IMG/VR virus record: IMGVR_UViG_3300037069_001350 | Location: 1 to 58,222 of that record | Length of the DNA: 58,222 nt | Reading direction: 5' to 3' (one strand) | DNA from: a virus | Lineage: Duplodnaviria; Caudoviricetes | In this document: in pieces, positions 45,361-56,032 of the stretch | How the letters are laid out: each line of letters begins with the position of its first letter | How positions within the stretch are numbered: position 1 is the first letter of the stretch | The notes under the pieces: model-generated | Database searches by the model: none | What the model was told of the DNA's origin: nothing | The model's input: only the letters and a program-made list of their open reading frames with translations | Made by a program: the position numbers and the translations under genes

Positions 45361-45783
45361 ATGCTCGACCCCGTCAGCCAGCTGACCAGCCCCAGCGACC
45401 GTCGCTACGAGCACGGCTACGCGACCGGCTTCGAGACCGGCAAGGTGGAAGGCACCCGCACCGCGCTGCTCACGATGGGCGCGCAGGTGGAGGAGAACAA
45501 CCGCCTGCACGGCTGGTACGACGACGAGCGCAGCTTCGCCGAGGACATCGCCCTGCTGCACTCCGAGGTCAGCGAGGCGCTGGACGCCTGGCGCGAGATC
45601 GGCTTCGACGAGCGGACCAGCGAGGGCGGCAAGCCCGACGACGTCGCCTCGGAACTGGCCGACGTCCTGATCCGCCTGCTCGACATCTGCCAGCGCCGCG
45701 GCATCGACCTGCGGGCCGAGTACGAGCGCAAGATGCGCTTCAACCTCTCGCGCCCGTACCGGCACGGAGGCAAGCGCCTGTGA
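45361..45783 (+). CDS. MazG-like nucleotide pyrophosphohydrolase
   Basis: ALLHSEVSEALDAWR...ELADVLIRLLD...RPYRHGGK; AGGAGG RBS. Confidence 0.88.
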   Translation: MLDPVSQLTSPSDRRYEHGYATGFETGKVEGTRTALLTMGAQVEENNRLHGWYDDERSFAEDIALLHSEVSEALDAWREIGFDERTSEGGKPDDVASELADVLIRLLDICQRRGIDLRAEYERKMRFNLSRPYRHGGKRL

Positions 45784-47853
45784 CCATCGCCCCCACCACG
45801 ATCTCGCAGGACCTGTGCCGGTGCGGCCACCCTGCGAACGAGCACGCCGACGGCGAGGGCGCGTGCGCGCCCTGCGCCGCGGTCGCTCGCGGTCGCGTGT
45901 GGGGTCAGCTGGCCGCGTGCCGCCGCTTCACCTGGTCCTTCCAGTGGGCAGGCGGTGCACCGTGCCGCTGACCGCCACCTGCCACCACTGCGGCCATGAC
46001 CGCCTCAACCCGACGGCCATGACCCTCGACGACACCACGCAACGCTGCCCGCACGGCTGCTGCTTCCTCGACTGCTGCGCCGCTTGTGGCCGCGGCCTGT
46101 CGTCGTGGGGTCCGGTCGCCTGCAAGTGCGACGACTTCGAGGCGATCAAGTGAAGCGCCCGCCCGCCTACCTCTGCGACCACCCGAACTGGGTTCACCGC
46201 CGCCAGCCGAACTGCAAGCGCCGGACCACGAAGGTCTGCGAAGCGTGCGGTGTGCCGACCTGCGGGGTGCACCTGCGCCTGCCGAACCGCGACGGCAAGC
46301 TGTACTGCCAGCGGTGGCGCTGCCGGGACCGGCGCGTAAAGGCGGTGCTGTCGGCATGATGAAGGCGAAGCACCACACCGTCTGCTCGAACTGCGACGAC
46401 AACATCGAGCCCGGCGACCCGATCCACCAGACGGTCTCGGGCTGGGTGCACGTCACCTGCCCGGACGACGATCTCGCGGTGCTGGCCGAGGTCATCCCGA
46501 TGCACCAGGTCTGCGGTCGCTGCTTCTGCCGTCACGCAGGTGACTGCTGATGACCCGTAGCCAGTTCGCGTTCCAGGTGATGCTGACCATGCTGCTCTCG
46601 CTGCTCGTGGTGCTGCTGATCCTGGCGAGCCCGGAGCACGTCGCCGCACCGCCGCCGCCGATCCCGTTCAACATCCACTTCGGGCCGGTGCACCCGTGAC
46701 CGAGGCCCTGTCGCTGTTCCCCGAGATCGTCGAGCCCGACGGCAAGGCGAAGCTGACCGCGGGCGACCGCCTGCGCCGTCGCCACGACGCGAAGATCGCC
46801 CAGGGGATGCACCCGATCACCGGGCTACGCCTGCGCGGCGACGACGAGACCTGTGGCAGTTGCGCGCACCGCGTGCTCGTGCACGGCGGCAGCCGCGGCT
46901 GGCCGAAGTGCGAACTGTCCGTGATGACCCACGGCCCGGCAACCGACTGCCTGGCCCGCTTTCCTGCCTGCTCGGGATGGGAGCCCGCCGCATGACTCAC
47001 GACCTCTGCTACCACGGCGACCTGCCCTGGTGGCGTCGCCGCTACCACCTCGGTCGCACCCGCGGCTTCACCGCTCGCGGGACGCACCGCATGGCCGACC
47101 GCGCTGCCCGCTGGGAGCAGCAGCTGAAGGCGCTGCCTAGCCGCTGGCATCTGCCCACTGAGGACGACTACGACGAGCAGGTGCAGCGGTGAAGATGTGG
47201 GCCGTGGACCCCGGCATCACCCGCCGCGACGTCATCTGGTGCGCGGTCTGGTCCCTGGTGCTGGTGATCATGTCGGCGTCGATGTCGCCGTTGATCGTGC
47301 CGCTGTCGATCATCTGGCTGTCGCTCTGGTGGGCGACCCTGGCCTACGGCGAGCGCCTGCAGCGCCGGGCCGACGCCGAGGAGGACTGGCTGCGCGGGCG
47401 CATGGCCGACATCCTGACCCGCACCGCGAACGCCTTGAAGGGCGAGCCGGACGGCATCTACTCCCACGACTGGTCGGACCTCCCCGACGTCGCCGCCCGG
47501 CTTCGTAGCGAACTGGCTGACCGTCGCCGCGGCCTCGCGGTCTCCTCGGTACCGCCGGTGAACGTCCACGCCTCGTGCGCGCCTGGCGAGTGCGGGGTCT
47601 GCTCGCCGCCGGTCTCGCTCTGCCCTGGCTGCGACTACTGCGGGACACCCGCATGACCGCCCCGCTGCCCGCGTCCGAGGTCGAGCACGTCGCGACCGCG
47701 TTCGAGCACCCGGACGGCGGCTGGGCCTACGCCTGCCTCTGCGGCTACGAGTCGCACCCGCACCTGACGCAGCGGCTGGCCGAGCGGTTCGCCGCGAACC
47801 ACGACGGGCGCTCCGTAAGCGCACCGCTGAACTCTGACGAAGTGAAGGGCTGA
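45780..47853 (+). other. Run of about nine small overlapping ORFs, mostly CxxC-rich (starts 45780, 45962, 46150, 46356, 46550, 46696, 46992, 47189, 47653)
   Basis: Chain of short start/stop overlaps (mostly ATGA/GTGA); two ORFs carry TM segments. Confidence 0.55.
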
Positions 47854-47854
47854 C

Positions 47855-48547
47855 ATGAAGCGTGGCATCCTCTGCTCGATGCGGTTCAGCCACTTCGCGG
47901 GCTCGTTCCGCGTGTGGCGCTGCGACGGCTGCGGTCGCGAGCACACCCGCGTGAAGCCGCTGCCCCATCACCCCGACCACGCCTGCTTCAAGGCGAGCGA
48001 CGGGACGGTGGTCACGTTCAACGGCGAGTCGGCTCGGGACGTGCGCGACGCCTTCGCCTGCTCGTACGCAGCTGGCGTCGGGATGGTCGACGAGTACCTG
48101 ACCCTCCGCGAGCGCGAGTCCGAGTGGGCGGCTGACTGGGGCGAGCGCGAGCACGCCGGACCCTCGGCCCCGAACCCCTGGGACCTGGCCGAGCGGTACG
48201 AAGCCGAGATCGGCAAGCTGCACGAGGACGCCGCCGCCACCGACGACCAGGTCGATGCCATGCGCCAGGCGATCCTCTCGATCGCCGAGCCCGGAGGGGC
48301 GGACAACGAGATCGAGCCCAGGGCGGACGCCACTGTCGACACCTACCGGGTGGTCATCAACCACCACTCGGAGCAGATGCGTCTCCTCGGTGTACCGCGG
48401 GACCTGACGAACATCCGGCTGGCCGCAACCGCCGCGGGTCACCGCCCGGATCACCTGGCCCACGATCTCCGCCTGGCCGTCGCCGCCTTCAACCGCAGGC
48501 AGCGCCTGGCCTCCCTGCTGTCCATGTCCCCCCTCGGTCGCTTCTGA
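47855..48547 (+). CDS. Hypothetical protein
   Basis: GAAGGG RBS; typical codon usage. Confidence 0.55.
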   Translation: MKRGILCSMRFSHFAGSFRVWRCDGCGREHTRVKPLPHHPDHACFKASDGTVVTFNGESARDVRDAFACSYAAGVGMVDEYLTLRERESEWAADWGEREHAGPSAPNPWDLAERYEAEIGKLHEDAAATDDQVDAMRQAILSIAEPGGADNEIEPRADATVDTYRVVINHHSEQMRLLGVPRDLTNIRLAATAAGHRPDHLAHDLRLAVAAFNRRQRLASLLSMSPLGRF

Positions 48548-48550
48548 CCC

Positions 48551-48660
48551 ATCGGGTCATCGGGTCGTCATCGGGTACCCGATCGCCACCCGATACCCGA
48601 CCCGATACCCGATCCGTCGGGTCATCGCCCCTCGATCGGGTCACCCGATCTCGCCCCGAT
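48551..48660. repeat. ATCGGGT/ACCCGAT cluster 2, intergenic, just upstream of terS
   Basis: About 11 half-sites; ATCGGGTCACCCGAT at 48635. Confidence 0.85.
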
Positions 48661-48690
48661 GCCAGAATCTCGCGCGTGTAGGAGCACCCC

Positions 48691-49323
48691 ATGAATCCCG
48701 GTTCGCTCTGCGACCGCTGCCTGCAGGTTCACCTGCGGTGCGGCGCGCACAACCGCGAGGGCGGACCCTGCAACCGCTGGCCGAAGAAGGGTGCGCCGGT
48801 CTGCTGGAAGCATGGCGGCGCGACCCCGCAGGTGCGGGCTGCCGCGGAGGCCCGCGTGGTCGAGGCGCAGCTGGCTGCCGCGGCGCAGACGTTCGGTGTG
48901 CGCCGCGACATCTCGCCGGGCGAGGCGCTGATCGAGGACGTGCAGTGGACGGCGGGTCACGTCGAGTGGCTGCGCGCCCAGGTGCAGGCCCTCGAAGCGG
49001 AGCAGCTGACCTGGGGCACCTCGAAGGAAACTGACCAGCAGTCCGGTCAGGGTCGGCAGGGCACGGACACGGTGCGCGAGGCCCGCCTGAACGGCCTGGT
49101 CGACCTGTACCAGCGGGAGCGCAAGCACCTGGTGGACGTGTCGGCTGCGACGCTGCGCGCCGGTGTCGAGGTGAAGCGTCTGGAACTGGCGCAGCAGGCC
49201 GGTCAGACGTACGCGGCGATGATGCGCGCCGTCCTGTCCGATAGCCAGCTGGCCTTGACCCCGGAGCAGCTGCAGGTGGCGCACGAGGTCGTGGTCCGCC
49301 ACATGAAGGGCCTGAACCCGTGA
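48691..49323 (+). CDS. terS: Terminase small subunit (HGGxSTG-type)
   Basis: CGAHNREGGPC...VCWKHGGATP; LYQRER..L; AGGAG RBS. Confidence 0.75.
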   Translation: MNPGSLCDRCLQVHLRCGAHNREGGPCNRWPKKGAPVCWKHGGATPQVRAAAEARVVEAQLAAAAQTFGVRRDISPGEALIEDVQWTAGHVEWLRAQVQALEAEQLTWGTSKETDQQSGQGRQGTDTVREARLNGLVDLYQRERKHLVDVSAATLRAGVEVKRLELAQQAGQTYAAMMRAVLSDSQLALTPEQLQVAHEVVVRHMKGLNP

Positions 49324-49366
49324 GCACGGGAGGAGTGATCGACATGCCTGACAAGAGACTGGACTG

Positions 49367-52134
49367 GTGGTGGTAGCGATGGAGTGGCACTGCACCACGG
49401 ACGGCGTCACCTGGCCCGGTTGTGGCCGGTGCGGTCCGTGCCGCGACGCCGCCCCGGACGTGTTCGCCGAGGCTGCCCGCCTGCGCCGTGAACTGAGCGA
49501 GACACGGCTGGCGCTTCACCACGAGCGCCGCCGTCGCCAGCAGGCCGAGCGCGCCACCCTGCACCTGCGGCTGGCATCCCGGTGAGCACCCGCGCCGAAC
49601 GCAAGGCCCGCCGCAACGCCGCCCGCTGCCGGAACTGCGGCGAGTTCGGCAGGCACTACGCCCCGCCCACCGCCGGGTCGCCCGGCGTCTACATCTGCGA
49701 GCCGCCCCGGTGCGGCTTCACTGGCACCTTCGCCGAGCATCGAGCGATGGGCTGCTGCACCGCCCCGAGGCGAGCCGTCTACCAGTGCGTCTGTGTCCAC
49801 GACGACGCGGTCCGCCTCTGCCACGGCGACCGCCCGGTCTGCTGGGACAACGGGAACGGCACCCCGCCAGTGTCGGCAACCAGTAGGAGCATGAAGGCAT
49901 GACGCAGACCGATCTCCCCCGGTGCCACGACCGCATGTGCAGGAACCGCGCCCGGTACCAGGTCGCCCCCGGCATCGACTCGGACACCGGCAAGCCGCTG
50001 CCCGAGGTGCCGATGTGCGGGACGCACCGGAACGTCCAGGCCCCGGAGACCGCCCGCGCGCTGCAGCGGTTCGAGTACCGCCAGCGCGCCGCCGCCGCCG
50101 ACGTCCTCCGCGAGCAGCTGCACGACGCCTTCCAGCGCGAGGCCGGGCTCGACATCGACTTCACCCACGGCCCCGGCGCTCGGTACGTGCAGCTGCCGAT
50201 CGCCGACGCCCGTCGCCTGTTGGAGTGGCTGTCGTGACCCAGACGATCGAGCGCGAGCAGACCTTCGTCATCGACGCCCCCGAGACCGACCTGGCCGACC
50301 GCGGCGCGAACCCGGACGACCTGGCGCACTACGTCGACCAGCGGCTCGACCAGGACGTCACCGCCGCCATGATCGAGGGCACCGAGGTGGTCGCGCTCTG
50401 CGGCTACCGCTGGGTGCCGTACCGCGACCCGAACCGCTGCAAGGTCTGTCCCCCGTGCGTGGCTGCGTTGGAGGCGATCGTCAGTGGGTGACGCCCCGAT
50501 CCCCAGCTGGGACAACCCGCCGTACGGCAAGGTCGTCTGCCCGGTGCACGGTCAGTGGCCCGCGGTCGACCGCGACCAGTACGCGGTCCTCGCCGCCGCG
50601 CACGCCGACTGCCGGGTCATCGAGTCGACAGGTGAACGGCTCGCCCGCCTGGGACGCGAGCCCCTGACCACGCTGGACGTCGCCCCGCCGCTGCGCTACA
50701 TCGACCCGACGTCGCCGAGCATGTACGCCGCGACCCACGACTTCCCGCAGTACGCCGTCGCCCCGCGGCCCCTCGCGCACCAGTGCTCGATCGACAAGCC
50801 CTGCGGTGAGCAGCGCCGTCGCCCGGCCCGGAAGTCGAGGCGGCGCTGGTGACCTGCCGGTACGCGATCCCCGACCACTGCCAGCCGCACTACTGCGGCC
50901 CGTGCGGCTGGCCGCTCGACGAGCACCGCCGCCTCTGGCGCGCGCTGTCCTGGGTACGGAGGCGGGCATGGCGCTGATCAAGCCCGAGCGCCCGGCCTCG
51001 CTCGCCGAGCCGGTCGCCTGCTGGCACTGCGGCGGCATCTGCTGGTTCGAGACCGGCGTGCACCCCTGCTGCGAGTTCTGGGCCGCGACGATCGCTGCCA
51101 CCGGCAAGTGCCCGTCCTGCTCCGCCTCCCGTGGGGCTGCCTTCCAGCAGGCCGAGCGCCGCAAGCGCCACTGACTTCCGGGCCGGTCGACCGCCGACCG
51201 TGACCTCAACCGATCCAGACATCTCGCCCCGGCCCTGCGCCCGCTGATCACGGGCCACGCTCCGCGGGTCACAACCCCTGGATATGCGTCGCCTGCGTCC
51301 CAGGCGACCGGCCCGGATCACAACCGTTCCGCCCTCGGAACCATTGTTCGCAGGGAGCCCGCTATGACCTGGCCTCCCGAGGAGCGGATCGTGCCGCGCC
51401 CCGACCCCTGCATCTGGTGCAGCTGCCGCTGGTTCCGCCGCTGCGACTGGTGCGCCTCCGGGCGCATCGCCCTGGGCCACAAGGCCCGCTTCCACCGCAT
51501 CACCTGGCGCTACCGCGTGCACTTCCGCGAGGTCGAGCGCCAGGCCGTCACCCACCGCTTCGACGACTGAAAGGGCCACGCCCGTGTCCGACACGAACGG
51601 CCTGACCACCGACCCGCCGGACTTCGACTCCCTGGGCATCTCGGCGCGGAGGGCGGTCGAGCAGATGCGCGACGGCTTCGCCCGGATCGCCGCGGCGCTG
51701 GCTGACTCGCTGCGCCCCGGCCTGACCGCGGTCGCGCACGAACTGGGCTTCCGGGCACGCGCTCGGGTGTCCGGCGAGCGGCTGTGCCCGGCGAACCGGA
51801 TGCACGCCGACGTGGCGGACCAGCCGCACTTCGCCCTCACCGGCAAGTGCCCGACCTGCGGGGCCGAGGTATGAGCCCGGCCCGGCAGCCCGCTGCCCGC
51901 CCGGATCACCGCATCTACGTCGTCGCTCGTACGCGGGCACAGTTCAACGCCTGGTGCTTCGAGCAGGGCTGGAATGCCCGCGACCCGCGGCTGCGTCAGG
52001 TGATCGAGCCGGACACGCTGCGCGGCCTGAACAGCGCCGACGTCCGGGTGCTCGACTTCCCCCGCGGCACCACGACCTCGGTCGACGACTGGTCGAAGCT
52101 GATCGCCGAGGCCCGGAAGGACTGGACGTCGTGA
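49367..52134 (+). other. Run of small, mostly Cys-rich ORFs between terS and terL
   Basis: Overlapping ORFs starting near 49367, 49582, 49899, 50234, 50484, 50968, 51364, 51584 and 51871. Confidence 0.55.
50234..50491 (+). CDS. DUF3039-family protein
   Basis: AHYV...AMIEGTEVVALCG..WVP.RDP...VCPPC. Confidence 0.8.
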   Translation: MTQTIEREQTFVIDAPETDLADRGANPDDLAHYVDQRLDQDVTAAMIEGTEVVALCGYRWVPYRDPNRCKVCPPCVAALEAIVSG

Positions 52135-52301
52135 CCGCCCGCCGCACCCCTGGCTGGGTCACGGTCGCCCACGACCTGGCGTCGCCCCGCGATCCTCTGC
52201 CGCGGCTGCCTGCGCCTCCGCTGGCGCTACGCCCGCGTCCCTCTCGGCTGCCCGCCCTACTGGGTCGGGTGGCGCATCCTCACGAGCCCTCGGAGGCATG
52301 G

Positions 52302-52739
52302 ATGACCGACAAGCTGATCCTGACCGTCGCCGACGGCGGGCGCTTCCGCACGATGCTCGACCTCGGCGCGGTCGTCCGCCTCGCACCTGGTCGGGTATCG
52401 GGTCCTGATCGGGTACCCGAATCGGGTCGCATCGGGTCACCCGATACGCACCCGATACCCGATGCCGACGTCACGCCGGAACTGGTCGACCTGATCGACT
52501 CCGCCCACCCCGGCTGCGAGGTGATCGAGACGAAGCACAACCTGCAGGGCCTCGTCAGCCGCCGCCGCTGCGACCTGCCCGCCGTGTGGGCGATCCGCAC
52601 CCAGTGCGTCTGCCAGGTGGTCGCGATCGACCTGCTCTGCGCCGACCACTACGAGCGGCTGTTCAACCACCTGATCTACACCTGCCCGTCGTGCGGCAAG
52701 CGCGACGACGTGATCTCCCGCGTCCCGTCGCGGCTGTAA
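52302..52739 (+). CDS. Cys-rich hypothetical protein carrying an in-frame iteron cluster
   Basis: GGAGG RBS; CDLPAVW...LLCADH...CPSCG. Confidence 0.55.
   Translation: MTDKLILTVADGGRFRTMLDLGAVVRLAPGRVSGPDRVPESGRIGSPDTHPIPDADVTPELVDLIDSAHPGCEVIETKHNLQGLVSRRRCDLPAVWAIRTQCVCQVVAIDLLCADHYERLFNHLIYTCPSCGKRDDVISRVPSRL
52390..52463. repeat. ATCGGGT/ACCCGAT cluster 3, about 300 bp upstream of terL
   Basis: About 9 half-sites; ATCGGGTCACCCGAT at 52431. Confidence 0.85.
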
Positions 52740-52755
52740 CCGACCGGAGCCTGCC

Positions 52756-54207
52756 GTGGCCGAGCCTTACGACGCCCGGCACATGCGCGACATTCACGAC
52801 GCCGCCCTGGCCGCGCTGATCCCGGCCCGCCTCGTCCGACCGTGGAAGCTGCTGGCCCGCCCGGAGCAGGTCGCCCCGGACGGCGAGTGGCTGGTCTGGA
52901 TATTCCTGGCCGGACGCGGCGCGGGTAAGACACGCTCCGCCGCGGAGCAGGTGTGCGAGTGGGCCGAGGATCACCCCGGCTGCCGCATCGCCCTGGTGGG
53001 CCGCACACCCGCCGACGTCCGTGACGTGATGATCGAGGGCGAGTCCGGCATCCTCGCCTGCTCCGACGACGAGCACCGGCCCGTCTACGAGCCGACGAAG
53101 CGCCGCCTGACCTGGCCGAACGGCTCGACCGCCACCGCCTACTCCGCCGAGGTGCCGTCGGCGCTGCGCGGCCCGCAGCACCACTTCGCCTGGGCCGACG
53201 AGAACGCCGCCTGGTCGGAGGCCCCGAAGGGCGACGTCGTCGACACGGCGTGGAACAACCTCATGCTGGGCCTGCGCCTCGGCCAGTCTCCGCGGTGCAT
53301 CGTCACCACGACCCCGAAGCCGAACCGGCTGATCCGCGACATCCTCGGTCGACGGTCCACCGTCGTCTCGCGCGGGACCACCTACGACAACCTGTCGAAC
53401 CTGGCCCCCGCCTTCCGCGAGCAGGTGCTCGCCACCTACGAAGGCACCCGCATCGGGCGGCAGGAACTGCAGGGCGAACTGCTCGACGACGTCGAGGGTG
53501 CCCTCTGGGGGTCGGCCATGATCGAGGACCACCGCATCCTGCACGGCGACCCGGTACCGGACATGCGCCGCATCGTCGTCGGTGTGGACCCGTCCGGCGG
53601 CTCCGGTCCCGAGAACGACGAGCAGGGCATCGTCGTGGCAGGCATCGGGGTGGACGGCGAGTTCTACGTGCTCGACGACAAGTCCTGCAAGCTGTCGCCG
53701 CACGGCTGGGGCTCACGCGCTGTCGGTGCCTTCGAGCAGTGGGGCGGCGACCGGATCGTGGCCGAGAAGAACTACGGCGGCGAGATGGTGCTGTCGACGA
53801 TCAAGCAGGTCGACTCGAAGGTGCCGGTGAAGCTGGTGTCGGCGAGCCGCGGCAAGGCGGTCCGCGCCGAGCCGATCGCCGCCCTGTACGAGCAGGGCAA
53901 GGTGCACCACGTCGGGTCGTTCCCGCAGTTGGAGGACGAACTGACCACCTGGGCTCCGTTCGACGCGGCCCAGAAGGACTCACCGAACCGGCTGGACGCG
54001 CTCGTGTGGGCGCTGACCGACCTCGCCTTCAACGGCGGGCAGGGCCGGGCGTTCATCGAGCACTGGAAGCGGCAGACCGCGCCCGACCCGGCTGACACCT
54101 CGGCCACCCCCGTGCGTAGCTCGGCACGGAACTGGCGCGAGATCGCCGACCAGATCAAGAAGGAACGCGGCGGTCAGCCGCGCACACGGGAGGACGGACA
54201 TGGCTAA
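52756..54207 (+). CDS. terL: Terminase large subunit
   Basis: AGRGAGKT Walker A, LRGPQ...WADE, TTTP, VGVDPS, EKNYGG and DSPNRLDAL. Confidence 0.96.
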   Translation: MAEPYDARHMRDIHDAALAALIPARLVRPWKLLARPEQVAPDGEWLVWIFLAGRGAGKTRSAAEQVCEWAEDHPGCRIALVGRTPADVRDVMIEGESGILACSDDEHRPVYEPTKRRLTWPNGSTATAYSAEVPSALRGPQHHFAWADENAAWSEAPKGDVVDTAWNNLMLGLRLGQSPRCIVTTTPKPNRLIRDILGRRSTVVSRGTTYDNLSNLAPAFREQVLATYEGTRIGRQELQGELLDDVEGALWGSAMIEDHRILHGDPVPDMRRIVVGVDPSGGSGPENDEQGIVVAGIGVDGEFYVLDDKSCKLSPHGWGSRAVGAFEQWGGDRIVAEKNYGGEMVLSTIKQVDSKVPVKLVSASRGKAVRAEPIAALYEQGKVHHVGSFPQLEDELTTWAPFDAAQKDSPNRLDALVWALTDLAFNGGQGRAFIEHWKRQTAPDPADTSATPVRSSARNWREIADQIKKERGGQPRTREDGHG

Positions 54208-56032
54208 GAACCGCAACCGCCGCCCTGCCGCTCGGGCGCAGGTCGTGAAGAACACCGCGGTCGTGTCGAGCCCGCAGACGCCGCCGGACGTCGAGCAGGC
54301 GCTCGTGGCGCAGGGCATGACCTCGACGTCGCCGTTCGGGCCGGGTACGCCGCTGCGCCCCTACATCGGCATCTCGGTGCCGCCGCGGGTCAACGACTAC
54401 CCGGTCGGCGTGAACATCGCCGTCCGCACCCGCCAGTCGTGGAACCTGATGTCGTTCGACACGATCAAGGCCCTGATCGACGGCTATGACGTGGCCCGCA
54501 TGTGCATCAACCACAAGATCGACGAACTGCGCTCGATGGAACCGATGTTCGTCCCCGCCGACGGGCACTCCGGTGCCGCCGTCGACGCAGCCTGCGACAC
54601 CGCCCGCGCCGCGATGGAGTTCCCTGATAGGGAACTGCCGTTCGACGGGTGGCTGAACAAGCTGATGGAGAACGCGCTGCGCTACGACACCCCGACGCTG
54701 TATCGCCGCCGCAACCTCAACGGCGACGTGATCGGGCTCGACGTCATCGACGGCACCACGATCTACCCCTACATCGACGAGCGTGGCCGCAAGCCCCGGC
54801 CCCCGGCCCCCGCCTACTACCAGCTGATCCACGGCACCGTCTGGGACCACTTCACCTCGAACGACCTGATCTACCAGCCGTTCCGCCCGCAGTCGAACCA
54901 CCCGTACGGCCTCGCGCCGATGGAGTCGCTGCTGCTCACCGCCAACACCGACATCCGGTTCCAGTGGCACTTCATGCAGATGTTCACCGACGGCTCGATC
55001 CCCGGTGGCTTCGTCGAGGTGCCGCCGGACATCTCCTCCCCGGACCAGGTCGCGGAGTGGCAGGACTACTGGGACGCGATGGTCCTCGGCGACCAGGCGA
55101 AGATGCACCAGCTGCTCGCCGTCCCGAACGGCACGAAGGTGACCGGCACGAAGCCGGACGCCTTCGACTCGTCCTTCCCCGAATACCTCATGGCCCGCAC
55201 CTGCGCCGCGTTCGGCGTGGTCCCGCAGGACCTGGGTCTGGTGAAGGACGTGAACCGGGCGAACGGCGAGACGCAGGTCGACATCCAGTTCCGCGTCAAC
55301 ACCCTGCCCTGGGTCCGTTGGATCGAGGGAATCGCCACCCGCTACCTCCGGTATGACCTGGGTCTGCCGGTGAAGATGCAGCTGGACACGGGCCGCGACA
55401 AGGAAGATCGACTGTCCGAGGCGCAGGCGTGGCAGATTTACGTGCAGTCCGGCTTCGCCTCCGCTGACGAGGCCCGGCAGGAACTGCTCGGCTTGGAGAT
55501 CGACTCCGAGCGCCCGGTGCCCCGCTTCGTGCTCGACCCCCGCACGGGTCCGATCCCGCTGGCGAACATCGAGGCGATCGCCGGTCGCATCGACCCGGAG
55601 ACTGCCGCGCCGGTCGACGACCAGCCGCTGCCCACGGAGCCGTTCAACGGTGCCGAGGGTGTGCTGCCGGACAAGGCCCCCGGCGGGACGCAGTTCAAGC
55701 GCGCCCCGATCAACCCGGACGAGCCCCGCTTCCCCGAGATGGAGAAGCCGATCCCCGGCACCGACGTCGTCGGCACCCGGCCCGGCACCCCTGTCATCGG
55801 CGACCCCGGCGTCACGGAGGACTCGAAGCTGACCGAGCCGGTCGGCAAGGCCCTCGACCCGGCTGCCGCGGAGATGCAGGCGTTCAGCCGGTTCTGCAAG
55901 GCGCGCGCCCGTGCTGGCCGCTGGCGCGACTTCGAGTTCGAGCACGTCCCCGCGGGGATCGCTCGGGCGCTGAACGAGCACCACCGCGAGAGGATCACGA
56001 AGGCGGCTGATGCCGCCCCTTTCGCCCGGTAG
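54200..56032 (+). CDS. Portal protein
   Basis: IDGTTI.P, YGLAPME, FTDGSIP and AFGVVPQDLG...DVNRA motifs; follows terL. Confidence 0.92.
   Translation: MAKNRNRRPAARAQVVKNTAVVSSPQTPPDVEQALVAQGMTSTSPFGPGTPLRPYIGISVPPRVNDYPVGVNIAVRTRQSWNLMSFDTIKALIDGYDVARMCINHKIDELRSMEPMFVPADGHSGAAVDAACDTARAAMEFPDRELPFDGWLNKLMENALRYDTPTLYRRRNLNGDVIGLDVIDGTTIYPYIDERGRKPRPPAPAYYQLIHGTVWDHFTSNDLIYQPFRPQSNHPYGLAPMESLLLTANTDIRFQWHFMQMFTDGSIPGGFVEVPPDISSPDQVAEWQDYWDAMVLGDQAKMHQLLAVPNGTKVTGTKPDAFDSSFPEYLMARTCAAFGVVPQDLGLVKDVNRANGETQVDIQFRVNTLPWVRWIEGIATRYLRYDLGLPVKMQLDTGRDKEDRLSEAQAWQIYVQSGFASADEARQELLGLEIDSERPVPRFVLDPRTGPIPLANIEAIAGRIDPETAAPVDDQPLPTEPFNGAEGVLPDKAPGGTQFKRAPINPDEPRFPEMEKPIPGTDVVGTRPGTPVIGDPGVTEDSKLTEPVGKALDPAAAEMQAFSRFCKARARAGRWRDFEFEHVPAGIARALNEHHRERITKAADAAPFAR
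56017..56023 (+). other. -1 slippery heptamer C CCT TTC
   Basis: X XXY YYZ in the portal frame, two codons before its TAG; the -1 frame is the Nudix ORF. Confidence 0.7.

Noticed and set aside
48551-48660. CRISPR array or microsatellite reading of the ATCGGGT repeats
   Set aside because: Units are 7 bp, occur in both orientations, are irregularly spaced and have no unique spacers or cas genes
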